Source: a virus. From it: a stretch of DNA of 64,000 nucleotides. Positions 48,031 through 58,760 of the stretch are shown piece after piece. The position numbers and the translations under genes are program-made. Position 1 is the first letter of the stretch. The number at the start of each line of letters is the position of its first letter. The notes under the pieces were generated by a model. It was not told the origin of the DNA. It did no database searches and saw only the letters and a list, made by a program, of their open reading frames with translations. The stretch is from positions 44,444 through 108,443 of IMG/VR virus record IMGVR_UViG_3300033418_000001, one strand, 5' to 3'.

Positions 48031-49086
48031 TCATCGCGTCACCTCGTAGGTTGTCACCACAACGCCCTTCTCACGGTGGCCACGACGATGCGCCTTGCGC
48101 CACCACTTGAGTCCGCCGCAGGTCATGCAGCGCCACTGATTCACGTCGTACTCGCGCCAGTCATGTTCATGGTTGTGTTCGCGCGTGGTCTTGTCGTGGC
48201 AGAAGTGGCCACGGCAGTCATGCTCGCGGCGCCACACCCCACCATGGCCGTACAGCTTCTTGAAGAGGGGCTTGGGGTCGAGCTTCAGGCGCACCACGCT
48301 GTGCCGCGTCAGGAGCGCCGTCTTGGCATGGATGAAGCCCTGCGCGGGGCCGATCTGATCATCGAAGCGCACCTCGTTGGTCCGGTTGAGGAACAGCGTG
48401 AGGGCGATGATGTTGCGGAGGTCACCCGCCGCACTGGTGAACATCGGCGTGATGAGGTCATCCACGTCCTTGGCATACCAGTGTTCGAAGCCATGGTTGG
48501 CACGCAGCGCCACGCGCTCCGACTGAGGGAGCTTGTTGTAGCTGCTGCCCCAGAACAGCACGTCGATGCCGAGGCGGCTGACGCGCGCACGGTTGCACAC
48601 GTCCAACTCCTGCTCGATGGTCATCGGTTGGTTGAGCGTGTAGGCCAACGGCATCATCATGGCCTGACAGCCGAGCTTCTTCCGCATCTCGGCGTTCTCG
48701 GGGCCGTTCCACACCCGCGACAGCACGTAGGCCCGGGGGCCGTCGATGAAGTAGCCCACCTCGGTGTCGCCCATGATGGGGTCGTGGGGGTTGTTGCCGC
48801 CGAGGGTTTCGAAGAAGCCGGGGTACGGCAGTTCGATGTACATCCTCGGGAAGCAGGGGATGGCGAACTCCTGATCGTGCGCGACGGCGATGGGATGGTC
48901 GCGGATCATCTCTGCCGCGTAGATCGCCGCCTTCTCATCGAGGACGAACTTCTTCGCCTCCCGCAGGTTGTTGCGGACGGCGAGGATCAGACGCTCCTCC
49001 TGCTTGTCGGGCCATGGGACCATCTTGGTCGCAAGGAACTCGTCAACGAGCAGGGGGCGGCGCTTGGGCTTCAGTCGGGTCTTCAT
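48031..49086 (-). CDS. Hypothetical phage protein
   Basis: 351 aa; C-terminal RREHDCRGH...WRKAHRRG. Confidence 0.65.
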   Translation of the reverse strand: MKTRLKPKRRPLLVDEFLATKMVPWPDKQEERLILAVRNNLREAKKFVLDEKAAIYAAEMIRDHPIAVAHDQEFAIPCFPRMYIELPYPGFFETLGGNNPHDPIMGDTEVGYFIDGPRAYVLSRVWNGPENAEMRKKLGCQAMMMPLAYTLNQPMTIEQELDVCNRARVSRLGIDVLFWGSSYNKLPQSERVALRANHGFEHWYAKDVDDLITPMFTSAAGDLRNIIALTLFLNRTNEVRFDDQIGPAQGFIHAKTALLTRHSVVRLKLDPKPLFKKLYGHGGVWRREHDCRGHFCHDKTTREHNHEHDWREYDVNQWRCMTCGGLKWWRKAHRRGHREKGVVVTTYEVTR

Positions 49087-49090
49087 GCTT

Positions 49091-49104
49091 TGCAGATGTC
49101 TGCA
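49091..49104. repeat. 14-bp quasi-palindrome copy 13
   Basis: TGCAGATGTCTGCA (ADIC, gene end). Confidence 0.95.
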
Positions 49105-50364
49105 CGACGCCCCGCCAACGGGCGCTCAAGCACCACGATGAGCGGGTGGAAGCTGTCGTGATTGATCAGGCTGCGCCGCACCTCAGCGGCGTTCTTGTAC
49201 CCGGTGTAGAACACCGTGTCGATCTTCTTGCCCCGCAGGTACACGTCGTAGGCTTTCATCACTTCACCTCGCACACGTCGCCGAGCCTCACCATCTTCCA
49301 CGGCGTCGGCTTGGCGTAGCCCTCGGGCAACGGCTCCAAGCATTCGTGGACCATGCCCATCATCATCGGGTTCTTCCACCCGCAGGCCGTGCACCGGGGG
49401 TAGCACTCGCCCCAGTGGTTCGTCCCGATCAGCGATTCGTGGCCGCACGTCGTGCAGCGGTATCGCTTCATGCTGTACTTGCCGGTGGTCTTCATGCTGC
49501 CTCCGTGCAGATGCCGTTGGCGATCAGGTCGCGGGCCGTGCGCCCGAACCACCCTTGGAGCCGCCAACACAGGCCGGTGTCGATCAGGTGTTGCCACGCT
49601 TCGATGACCTGCTCTTGGCTCTCGGCTTCGATGAAGCCCTCGGCAAGGCCGGTGGCAGTGAAGTCGTCCATCCGCGTCTTCGTCGTCATGTCAGTCTTCC
49701 TCCATGAACTCGGGGCTGCACTCGGGGGCCGGATTGAACGGGCCGATCAGTTCGCACCCGCTCAGGTAGGGCCAGTCCTTGGCCATGGCATCGACCTCGG
49801 CCTTGCTGAAGAGCTTGCCGCACCGCGCGAAGGGCGACCACAGCGCGGGGTAGTCTGGGTTGACCAAGTATTGGTTGAACATGCCGCCGAGGCGGGGGTC
49901 TTTGATCAGGAACTTTTCCATGGTGCCCTCCTCAGTCCATCCGCGACATCGAGTAGGCGCGGAGGCCCGCGTCGCTCAGGACATCCGCGAACGCCGCTGC
50001 GTACTTCTCCTTGCGCTCCAAGGACTGATTGAAGTCCATCACCGAGATGATGTAGCCGCCCTCGTAGCTGTCGGCGCGACCGATCTTGTTGGCCTTGCAC
50101 CAGTTCACGAAGTCGCCGCGAGCGGGGCGAATCTTGATCCACGCGAACCCGCACACCCCGTCCATGACCGGGGCGTACCGCTTGACCACCGGGGACGAGT
50201 CATTGAGGGGGTCGGCGTGCTGACAGACAACCATCGGGACCGGCTTCGCCGCACTGCCCGCCGCGAGACCGGCGTCACGCGCCTTGCGGTAGAGGTCGGC
50301 CATCGCTGCGTAGTTGGGTTTTCCCATGGTGCACTCCTTTGCGCGGGGGGAAGGGGACAACCTC

Positions 50365-50392
50365 ATAGTACCACAGTGGGGGAGAATGTCAA
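50365..50392 (-). promoter_or_regulatory. Sigma70-type promoter
   Basis: TTGACA-N16-TACTAT, then AAAGGAGTG. Confidence 0.8.
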
Positions 50393-51291
50393 CTCTTTTT
50401 CTTGGGGCAGGCGCCGTCACTGAAGCGGTGGTCCTTCCAGTACGCCCCGCAGACGCACTTCACCATGCTCTGCAACTTGGGGCCATCGGGCTTGTCGTCC
50501 CACTGGGGGAACCACACCCCGTCGAACTTGCTGCCCTCGATGAAGCGGTCAGCAGGGTCCATCAGTAGACCCCCTCGGCGTTGGAACCGTCCTCGTTGAG
50601 GCAGCGGACGATGGCCGCGTCGTTGAACCGGCGGCAGACGATGTAGAGCGCCGCCTTGTACTCGGCCCGCGCTTCCCTCACCCCGTAGCACTTCCGCTCC
50701 TTCTTGGAGCCATCGGGGAACTCCACCACGACGTTGAAGACCTTCAGCTTGCTCGCCATGTCACCCTCCTCAGTCGCACATCCCGTAACCGTCGAGCCAC
50801 GACACCATGCCGTCGCCGACTGCGATGTTGCTCGCGCCACGCGGCCAACGCAGGGCGCCGTAGGAAGAGCCGCCCGGGTACTTCGCGCGCACCGCCTTCT
50901 TGATCATGTCCGCGTCCCAGTCCGCCGGGAAGGCCGACAGGGGAGCGATGCAGTCCCAGTGCCCGCCGTAGGCTTCCATCACCTCGGGGCCGTTCCCAAC
51001 GAGGGACCAGTCCACCAGATCGAGGGCGGGCTTGGCCGCAGGGGCGGGGGAGGGGGCGGGGTCGTCCATCACGGCCACGTTCCTGCCGTAGGCCCAGACC
51101 ACGTTGCCCGCGTCGTCCTTGATGCCCACGCGGAGGTAGGACTTCTTGCCGTACCCGTCCGCCTTGGGGTAGTACCACTTCTCCCAGAAGCAGAGGCCGG
51201 AGAAGCCCACGTCGGACTTCCCGCGAACCACGGCGACCTTCGATCCCTTCAGCATTTCGCACTCCTTTGCGGTGGTGGGGGGGACAACCCC

Positions 51292-51319
51292 ATAGTACCA
51301 CAACGGGGGAGAATGTCAA
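51292..51319 (-). promoter_or_regulatory. Sigma70-type promoter
   Basis: TTGACA-N16-TACTAT, near-duplicate of the 50365 cassette. Confidence 0.8.
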
Positions 51320-51325
51320 CTACTT

Positions 51326-51339
51326 TGCAGATGTCTGCA
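51326..51339. repeat. 14-bp quasi-palindrome copy 14
   Basis: 6 bp upstream of a TTGACA -35 box. Confidence 0.95.
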
Positions 51340-52241
51340 CGGGCATAACACGCAAGAAGCGGAGGTGGGCGTAGTCGTACCGGTCCACCGTGCCGTCATC
51401 CCACTTCACGTGGACACTGCTCTTGTCCACGGAGGAGACTTCCCCTCTGCGGTGGGGCCACCATGAGTCGTACACTCGCACCCCCTTCGTGAGGGGAATC
51501 AACCTTGGCCTCACCACGCCAACCCGGCGGGCTTGGTCTCCGCAGCGAGAGCCTTGACCACGGCGTTGCGGTCCACGCCACGGCAACCGTTGCCGCTGTC
51601 CATCCACCGCTCGCTGAAGTTGTTGAGGCGTTCGAACTCGGCGAAGGTCTCGCCGTACTCCACGGTGAAGCGGGCGGGCTTGCCCGCCTTCTTCCACGCC
51701 GCGATGATCCGCGCCGCACTCGGGCGGCAGTTCTTGCCGTTGGTGGGGGTGAAGTCGAAGTGGGCCATGGTGTCTCCTAGTTGAAGAAGTAGGGGTACGC
51801 GATCTTCATGCCGAAGAAGCCGATGAAGAGGCCGATCAGAATCCAGAACGCGAGGCACATGGTGTCTCTCCTATCTCAGGTAGTTGGCGCCGTGCACGCC
51901 GATGCCTTCCAGACCGTTGGAGGCCGAGAAGATGTTCCCTCTGGCGTGCTTGGCGGGCTTCTTCCAACCCTCGCACTTCAGCACGTCGCCGTTGGACTTG
52001 TCGATGAAGCAGTGGGAGGAGCGGGAGCCGCTACTGTCGTGGCGCACGATCCTGATGTACTTGAGACCCTTGGCGTCGGGGCAGAGGACCGGCGGTTCCA
52101 AGGACGGGTAGTGCTTGGCGTAGTCGTCGGCGATCATGCCGTTGGCCTTGATCAGGAAGCCGTCGAGCGCCGCGAGGAAGGCGGGGGAGAGGGGAAGGGA
52201 TTTGGCCATTTCGCACTCCTTTGCGTTGTCACTACAGCTAG

Positions 52242-52269
52242 ATCATACCACACTCCAAAGGAATGTCAA
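52242..52269 (-). promoter_or_regulatory. Sigma70-type promoter
   Basis: TTGACA-N16-TATGAT, then AAAGGAGTG. Confidence 0.8.
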
Positions 52270-52388
52270 CACTCTCCCCCACCCCTGCCACATCACCCAC
52301 CCCCACCCGCACAGGAACGCGGAGCCGAGGATGTACCCCGCCCACCGCATGGCCGGGGTGTCGAACCTGTTGGCGTCCATCCTGTGAC

Positions 52389-52715
52389 TCATGCGACCAC
52401 CTTCTCCCACCCCTTGCGCGCTGCCTGCCGCAACACCCCCTGCTGCTTGCGGGTGAGCCACCGGCAGTTCTGCGGGGTGTAGCCCTTGGTCACGTCGATG
52501 CGGCCCAGTTGATGGTCACGATCCGGCTTCGGCCCCATGTCCTTGAGGAAGGCCGGAAACGACATCCATGGTGGGCACACCGTGATGCCCTTGCCCCCGT
52601 AGTCGTCCCACCGTTGGTGGTTGGGGTTGGTGCAGCGTTGCACCATCGACTCCCACGCACGGTAGGTGGGCGACCGATTGGTGTCGCTGCCGTGCCCGTG
52701 GCGGCTGTAGCTCAC
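52389..52715 (-). CDS. C-terminal (HNH-like) module of phage HNH/AP2-type endonuclease family, stand-alone
   Basis: HG...TYRAWESMVQRCTNP...YGGKGITVC..W..F..F..DMG..P...LGRID...Y.P.NCRW. Confidence 0.75.
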   Translation of the reverse strand: MSYSRHGHGSDTNRSPTYRAWESMVQRCTNPNHQRWDDYGGKGITVCPPWMSFPAFLKDMGPKPDRDHQLGRIDVTKGYTPQNCRWLTRKQQGVLRQAARKGWEKVVA

Positions 52716-53364
52716 TTGGCATCCCCCGCGAGGGTGTAGAGGTACAGCATCACCTTGGCTGAGAAGGCGTTGAGATGCGCGATGTCGAACTCCAACAGTT
52801 CGATCTTGGACATCAAGCCCCGCGCCACCTTGTCGAGTGCGATCACCCGCTTCGACTCGTAGTCGAGCTTCGACTGTTGCAACTCGTAGAGCGTCATTGG
52901 TCCCCCCTGATCACCACGTCGTGCAAGGTCGGGATGGGGCGGTAGGCCACCAACAGCCGTGCCACGCTGATCCGCACCCCCTGCTTGCGAAGAGCCTTCG
53001 CCGCAGCAAAGGCACCCACCTGCTGCACCCGGCGCTGCCACTTGCGATGGAAGTACCACCCCACCGCGAAGTAGAACCGCTTGATGATGGTGCGCTTCAC
53101 CTGAACTTGTTTCGTAGCGGCTCGATGATGGCCTTGTGCTTCTGGTACCAGATGGTGCCGTCGAGCATCTTGAGTGCGTCGAGAATGACTTCGCGCCATT
53201 GCTGCCTCTCCTTCTCCCACGCTTGTTGGCCCGCCGACGTGTGCAGCGACACCGACAGCTTGTTGGGGTCCATGGTGTGCACCCCGTCGTAGAGACCGAG
53301 GTCTTCCGCGTTCTTCACCATCTTGTCGAGTGCTGCTTCCTTCTGCGGGTCGGTCATGGTGCCC

Positions 53365-54612
53365 TCACACGAACTTGAGTTGAGATGCCTTCTCCGGCAC
53401 CGCCTCGTTGAAGTTCATCTTGTCGAAGTCCCAGTGCACATGGAACTTGGTGGGCCGATCCGTGCGGCACTTCAGCACGTCAATCTCGCGCAGCTTGGCG
53501 GTCTCCACCGTGTCCTCCTGCTTCATGCCGAGGACGATGCTGCTGATCTGCCCGATGGCGTCGGCGTGCGCGATGTCTTCCAACCCGCCGCCCTCGTCCT
53601 TCTTGCCCTTCCACTTCTTCACCGCGTCGCGGTTGAACTGGAACGAGCAGATCACCGGGATGTTGCACTCGCCTGCCCTGCGCTTGATCAACTCCACGTT
53701 GGCATCGACCCGCTTGTACTTGTCGAGGCGGTCGTTGGGGTGGCCGAGCAGGTAGGCGCCGTCGATGAACAGTGCCGCCGGTCGCAGTTGCTTCACCACG
53801 GTGAAGATTTGGTCCACCTGCGCGTTGAGGTTGCCGTCCATCAGCCACAGGTTGTTGCTGCGCTCCTTGCCGCCCTTCATGGCCTTGGTGAGCCGCAACG
53901 TCTCCACCTGCGTCAGTTCCGCCTGCCGGATGTGGTTGGTGGTGACGCCCGCCGTGATGCCCATCAGGCGTTGCGCGATGGACAGCACGTCCATCTCCAT
54001 CGACACCGCGAGGACGTTGTTCTGCTTGACCCACCACATGAACCACGCGATGAACAGGAGGAACCACGTCTTGCCCATAGCGGGTCGCCCGATGATCGAC
54101 ACGATGTCGCCACCGCGCAGCCCACCCGAGAGCTTGTCCACGGTGGGCCACCCCATCATCAGCCCCGAGTCCTCCCCGGCGAGCTTCACCCGGCGAATCT
54201 CGTCGGCCACCAAGCTGCTGTGCCCGAAGTCGGTGACCGCCTTCGACAGTTCACGCATCCGCAGTTGATGGACCACCTCCTCCATCATGTTGAGCGCCGT
54301 CCACCCGTCCTGCTCCTTCATCAGGGAGTTGGCTTCCAACAGCGTGCGGTTCAGCGTCTTGTGGACGTAGCGCGCCTCCACATGGTCGAGGTAGAACAGC
54401 GGCGGCTCTCCGGCCTTGGGCAGGTCGGGGAACTCCGCTTGCAACGTCTCAAGCTTCGGCAGTTGGTGATGCTTGGCAACGTGCTTGGCGACGAACTCGT
54501 AGATCGGCAACTCGCTGCCGAAGAACAGACCATCATGCAGTTGGTACCGCATGTAGTCCTGTGCGTTTTGCGCCTGCACCAAAGCAAGCAGCAGTTGGCC
54601 TCCCACATCCAT
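53365..54612 (-). CDS. dnaB: DnaB-like replicative helicase
   Basis: GRPAMGKT, VSMEM, LFIDGAY, QFNR. Confidence 0.9.
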   Translation of the reverse strand: MDVGGQLLLALVQAQNAQDYMRYQLHDGLFFGSELPIYEFVAKHVAKHHQLPKLETLQAEFPDLPKAGEPPLFYLDHVEARYVHKTLNRTLLEANSLMKEQDGWTALNMMEEVVHQLRMRELSKAVTDFGHSSLVADEIRRVKLAGEDSGLMMGWPTVDKLSGGLRGGDIVSIIGRPAMGKTWFLLFIAWFMWWVKQNNVLAVSMEMDVLSIAQRLMGITAGVTTNHIRQAELTQVETLRLTKAMKGGKERSNNLWLMDGNLNAQVDQIFTVVKQLRPAALFIDGAYLLGHPNDRLDKYKRVDANVELIKRRAGECNIPVICSFQFNRDAVKKWKGKKDEGGGLEDIAHADAIGQISSIVLGMKQEDTVETAKLREIDVLKCRTDRPTKFHVHWDFDKMNFNEAVPEKASQLKFV

Positions 54613-54624
54613 TGGGACTTGCTC

Positions 54625-55191
54625 CTACAAAATGTGCCAGTGAGCTTCGATGAAGACGCCAATGCCTTCGCCGAAGTTCTTCTTCAACCCTTCGATGCTC
54701 TGCACGTAGATGACGGTGGTCTTCTTCTCCACCAGTCGGCGCATGAGGATGTCTTGGAGGATGTTCACCTGCCAGTTGGTGTTGGGCTTGCCCCCCGCGT
54801 ACTCCACGTAGAAGTTGGGGATGAGCAACACCGTGGGCGACTCCACCTCGCCGGTCTTGTGTTCCTCCAACAGCGTGGTCATGGTGACCACCCGGGCGTC
54901 GATGTAGTTGCGGAGCAGGGCCGCACCGATGGCCATCATCTTGGACTCCACCGGGTGCTTCACGTCGATGCCGGTCAGGCACAGGCCCGCCACACCCTTC
55001 TCCCGGTGCAGCAGGATGTGCCGCACCCACTTCACCTCCTCGGGGCTGCAATACTTGGCGAGGGGTTCGTGGATCATCGACACCGGCACGTTGGCGACCC
55101 CTGCGAAGTGGTCGATGTCGGCCAACAGGCGAGCGTGGTACTCCTCGTTGAGGATGCTCGTCGGTTGCTTGGCGTCAGCTTCAGTCTTCAT
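54625..55191 (-). CDS. Degenerate DnaC-like helicase loader candidate
   Basis: Lies between initiator-like gene and DnaB; AAA-like pattern without an intact Walker A. Confidence 0.45.
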   Translation of the reverse strand: MKTEADAKQPTSILNEEYHARLLADIDHFAGVANVPVSMIHEPLAKYCSPEEVKWVRHILLHREKGVAGLCLTGIDVKHPVESKMMAIGAALLRNYIDARVVTMTTLLEEHKTGEVESPTVLLIPNFYVEYAGGKPNTNWQVNILQDILMRRLVEKKTTVIYVQSIEGLKKNFGEGIGVFIEAHWHIL

Positions 55192-56110
55192 CGGTCTTGT
55201 CCATGCTCTTCAGCATGGCCTCAATCTCTTCCTTGGTGGCCAGTACCGGCTTCTCCACGGTTGGTGCAGACATCTGCACGGGTTCCGGCGAGTGTACCGG
55301 CTCCTTCACCTTCAGATAACCCTCCACCGCCACGGTGCAGCACTTGAGCAGGGCCGGGATGGTGGGCTTGGACGCCACCTCTTCCCCCATCTCCTCCTTG
55401 GCCCGGTAGCGGAACTTGGCCCAGTTGCTCAGTGCCCACTCCATGGCGGGCAGTGCATGGGCACCGGTCAGCTTCACGTAGCGGGACAGCATCCCGAGTT
55501 CACGCATGGTGTGCGGCTTCTGGAAGCCCACGTCGAAGTGCTTGGGCACGATCCGCTGCCAGTGCGTGGAGAGAGTCTTGGCCTGAACCTTCCCTTGCAC
55601 GGTGGGTGAAGCTGCTGCCTTCTTCTGGATGCCCTCAAGCACTTCCCGTGCGGTTTTCCCGGCCATGGACTCCTCCGTTTCTTCTTGCGACGCGAAGTCG
55701 TCGCTTAATCTATGTATCAGTTTCTTCTTGGGTGGAAGACACGAAGTGTCTTCTACTCCTGTTATGGATTTGTTGATTCCCGACTTGTGGGGAGCAACAA
55801 ATCGGGCGAGCTTTTCCACATCAAGGTGGTAGTGGTTGGTGGGGATCGCATCGAACTTCCACACCACGCGCTCCACCAGTCCCATGGCAAGCAGCTTCGC
55901 TTCCGCCGTGCGTGTCGCCTGTGCCGACAGGCCGCACTCCTCGGCGATGTCCATGCGGCTCTTGGCCAACCAGAGCTTGCCCCGCTTCTGCACCCGCAGC
56001 TTGGTGGGCGTGTGCGTGAACCACCAGTACAGCCACGACAGCAGCACCCCTGCCGCCGCACTCTCGGTGATGACGTTGAACGCCGGGTACAGGGTGATGC
56101 TGCGCTTCAT
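55181..56110 (-). CDS. Replication initiator-like wHTH protein
   Basis: AGVLLSWLYWW...WLAKSRMDIAEECGLS...KLLAMGLVE; upstream of loader and helicase. Confidence 0.65.
   Translation of the reverse strand: MKRSITLYPAFNVITESAAAGVLLSWLYWWFTHTPTKLRVQKRGKLWLAKSRMDIAEECGLSAQATRTAEAKLLAMGLVERVVWKFDAIPTNHYHLDVEKLARFVAPHKSGINKSITGVEDTSCLPPKKKLIHRLSDDFASQEETEESMAGKTAREVLEGIQKKAAASPTVQGKVQAKTLSTHWQRIVPKHFDVGFQKPHTMRELGMLSRYVKLTGAHALPAMEWALSNWAKFRYRAKEEMGEEVASKPTIPALLKCCTVAVEGYLKVKEPVHSPEPVQMSAPTVEKPVLATKEEIEAMLKSMDKTDED
55265..55278. repeat. 14-bp quasi-palindrome copy 15
   Basis: TGCAGACATCTGCA (QMSA). Confidence 0.95.
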
Positions 56111-56127
56111 CTGCCACTCCCTTGGAC

Positions 56128-56156
56128 AAAGGCCGGTGAGCTTTCACCCACCGGCC
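56128..56156 (-). terminator. Possible intrinsic terminator
   Basis: GGCCGGTG...CACCGGCC hairpin followed by TTTGT on the minus strand. Confidence 0.45.
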
Positions 56157-56182
56157 TGATGGTACCACGTTTGGTCGGAGGT

Positions 56183-56785
56183 CTACAGGGAGTCCTCGTC
56201 CCCCACATTGCTCTCGGGGGTGTCGTCGCCGATGGTGGGCGGGCCTTCCGGTTCCGGCGGGCCGTAGGAGTCCTTGCCGAAGTACACCTTCACCTCGGGC
56301 AGCGGCACCTTGTTGTCGGGGATCATGTCGAGGAACCGTTCGCGCAGCACGGTGAGCAGGTCGTCCTTGCCGACGATGATGGTCAGCCCCTCGGCGCCGC
56401 TGAGGCGGTCGTACAGGCCGTCCACCAACTTCTCGATCAGCTTGTCCTCCACGATGTGCTGCTGCACCACCCATGGCGACAGCGTGAGGTTGCAGGCCGG
56501 GATGCGGAGTTGGCCCACGTAGCGGTCGCCTTCGCTGCGCTTGCTGAGGTAGCCGATGTTGAGGTACGTGGCCACGCCGTCGCGGGGCGGCAGGGTCTTG
56601 CCCTCTTGCGGGCGCACGTGCACGCGCAACCCGATCTGGAAGAAGCGCCGCGTCTTGTCGAAGTACACCATCTGCGCTTCGGGCTTCACCGCCACCATGA
56701 TGTCGGGGTCTTCGGCGACGACGATGTAGATCGTGTTCTCCGACGCACCCGGGATGGTCTTCAGTGCTTGAAAGCTTTGGTCCAT
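56183..56785 (-). CDS. Hypothetical protein (promoter-cassette gene)
   Basis: Promoter and RBS upstream. Confidence 0.65.
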   Translation of the reverse strand: MDQSFQALKTIPGASENTIYIVVAEDPDIMVAVKPEAQMVYFDKTRRFFQIGLRVHVRPQEGKTLPPRDGVATYLNIGYLSKRSEGDRYVGQLRIPACNLTLSPWVVQQHIVEDKLIEKLVDGLYDRLSGAEGLTIIVGKDDLLTVLRERFLDMIPDNKVPLPEVKVYFGKDSYGPPEPEGPPTIGDDTPESNVGDEDSL

Positions 56786-56821
56786 CTGTCACTCCTTTGA
56801 GGTTGAGGGCACTACGATGTC

Positions 56822-56849
56822 ATCGTACTACTTCTGTAGGAAGTGTCAA
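56822..56849 (-). promoter_or_regulatory. Sigma70-type promoter
   Basis: TTGACA-N16-TACGAT, then AAAGGAGTG. Confidence 0.75.
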
Positions 56850-57586
56850 GTGCACGCCTTGTAGAGCAGGGCGATGTTCTTGGCCACCTCGTTGTACAGC
56901 GCGATCAGACGCACCGCATCGAGTTGCCGCACATGCTCCTTGCGGGCTGCGTTGAACGCGCACGCCGGGATGGTGACATCGAACCGCATGGCGTGGGCCA
57001 CATCCGTCAGTTGGATGTTCTCCACCCCCATGACGATACCCCCCGCAGGAGTGGTGGGCTTGGTCTTCTCTTGGGTGACCTTGGGGGGTGGGACCAAAGC
57101 GACTCGTTGACGCTTGTCCACCACCTTGTCGAGGGGTAGAGGGGAGGACCGCTTGCGCCCCGAAGAGAAGGGCTTGTCCATGAGGGGCTTGCCGTCGTAG
57201 TTCTTGCCGTAGTTCTCTTCGAAGAAGAGGTTGCCACTGGCGGTGATGCACCACATGTCTTCGGAGGTGGCGTCTTCCCGCACGTAGTTGCCCTTCTCCT
57301 TCAGCTTCTTCAAGGCCGCGCGCACTTGCCGCATTGAGAGGCGGTTCGCCTGAATCTTCACCCCATGGTTGACCAACTTCTTGATGGCCAACACCGAGAC
57401 GTAGAGGGTCTTGTCCTTCCGGTCCTCCTCGTTCTCGGCGTTAGGATCGCCGGGGATCACCACCCCACTACCCATCGTGTGCAACTTCCGCAGCACACGG
57501 GCGGGGTGCGTCTTCAAGTCCACACGCACACGCAGTGGCTTCAGTTCCGTGGAGGGAACAACAGAGGATTCGATCTGGGTTTCCAT
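56846..57586 (-). CDS. Hypothetical protein
   Basis: AAAGGAG RBS; 246 aa. Confidence 0.6.
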   Translation of the reverse strand: METQIESSVVPSTELKPLRVRVDLKTHPARVLRKLHTMGSGVVIPGDPNAENEEDRKDKTLYVSVLAIKKLVNHGVKIQANRLSMRQVRAALKKLKEKGNYVREDATSEDMWCITASGNLFFEENYGKNYDGKPLMDKPFSSGRKRSSPLPLDKVVDKRQRVALVPPPKVTQEKTKPTTPAGGIVMGVENIQLTDVAHAMRFDVTIPACAFNAARKEHVRQLDAVRLIALYNEVAKNIALLYKACT

Positions 57587-57599
57587 GGTGGGTCTCCTT

Positions 57600-58760
57600 T
57601 CAGTTGGACAGGCACTTCTTGTTGTGCTTCACGTAGTCGAACACGAACTGCGTCACTGCTGCCGGGGTGATGCCCTCCTCGCCAATCTCCTTGACGAGCA
57701 GTGTGTTGAGGCGTGGTTCGTAGGGAAGCTTCAGCGAAGTGCACAGCGCCGCTGCCAGTTCACGCGCCGCCTTCTCCTTCATCGGGACAAAGGTCATCAC
57801 GCGGTCGATGCGACCGTTGCGGTACAACTCCGCAGGTAGGGCGTCCCGCTTGTTGGTGGTCATGATGGTGAGGATGCGCGAGGTGTGTTCCTGCGCCCAC
57901 CACAGCAGTTGCGACAGGATGCGCGACGTGGTGCCCGAGTCTTCCCCGGGTTCGAACAGCTTCTCCACCTCGTCAATGAGGAAGACGCATGGCTCTTCCT
58001 GATCGAGCATCGACAGCACGCGCCCGAAGTTTGCTTCACTTTCGCCCACCCACTTGGCCAGAGACGACGCGAGGTCGAGACGGTAGAGGGGCACGCCGAG
58101 TTCACGGGCGACGTACTTGGCGCCCTGCGTCTTGCCGGTGCCGGGTTCGCCATCGAACAGCAGGCCACGCGGGATCAGCCGAGGGTCCGCTGCGTTTTCG
58201 AAGTAGGGTCGCTCCACGTGCATCCACCGAGCCAAGCGAATGTCAGGAATGTAGCACTGTGTGTCGGTCTCCACCAGAGACAGCCCCTTGAGCTTGCCCA
58301 CCATGCGTGCCCGCTCGCGCAGCACAGCGGGGACCGACAGTTGCTTGTCCTCGGTGATGACCATGCGGATGACTTCGCTCGCGCTCTTCAGCGTGAGGCC
58401 ACGGAAGGCGGGCAGCAGCTTGAAGGACTGCTTGGCGTCGGTGATTTCCTCGATCAGTTCGCGGATCAGCGGCGAGGGTACCGGCACTTCGCCGACGTTG
58501 ATGGACAGGCCGCTCTCGTCCTCTTGGTTGATGAGCAGCAGTGTCTTGCCCTGTTCCGCCAAGGCTTGGTACCACGCATCGGTGACTTCGACCTTGGTGG
58601 TGGCGATGAACACGTCCGCCGTGGCGATGGCGCGAGGCCCGCCCCAGTCGGTCAGCTTCAGCTTGGGCACCATGTGCGACAGCACGTCGTGCAGGTTCAC
58701 GGTGTCCGTGGTCGTGGCCCGCAGCAACGGCAGGCGCGCTTTCAATGCGGAGAGCAGCAT
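57600..58760 (-). CDS. AAA+ ATPase (Ycf46-like)
   Basis: RGLLFDGEPGTGKT, FLIDEVEK, MTTN...LPAELYRNGRIDR. Confidence 0.85.
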   Translation of the reverse strand: MLLSALKARLPLLRATTTDTVNLHDVLSHMVPKLKLTDWGGPRAIATADVFIATTKVEVTDAWYQALAEQGKTLLLINQEDESGLSINVGEVPVPSPLIRELIEEITDAKQSFKLLPAFRGLTLKSASEVIRMVITEDKQLSVPAVLRERARMVGKLKGLSLVETDTQCYIPDIRLARWMHVERPYFENAADPRLIPRGLLFDGEPGTGKTQGAKYVARELGVPLYRLDLASSLAKWVGESEANFGRVLSMLDQEEPCVFLIDEVEKLFEPGEDSGTTSRILSQLLWWAQEHTSRILTIMTTNKRDALPAELYRNGRIDRVMTFVPMKEKAARELAAALCTSLKLPYEPRLNTLLVKEIGEEGITPAAVTQFVFDYVKHNKKCLSN

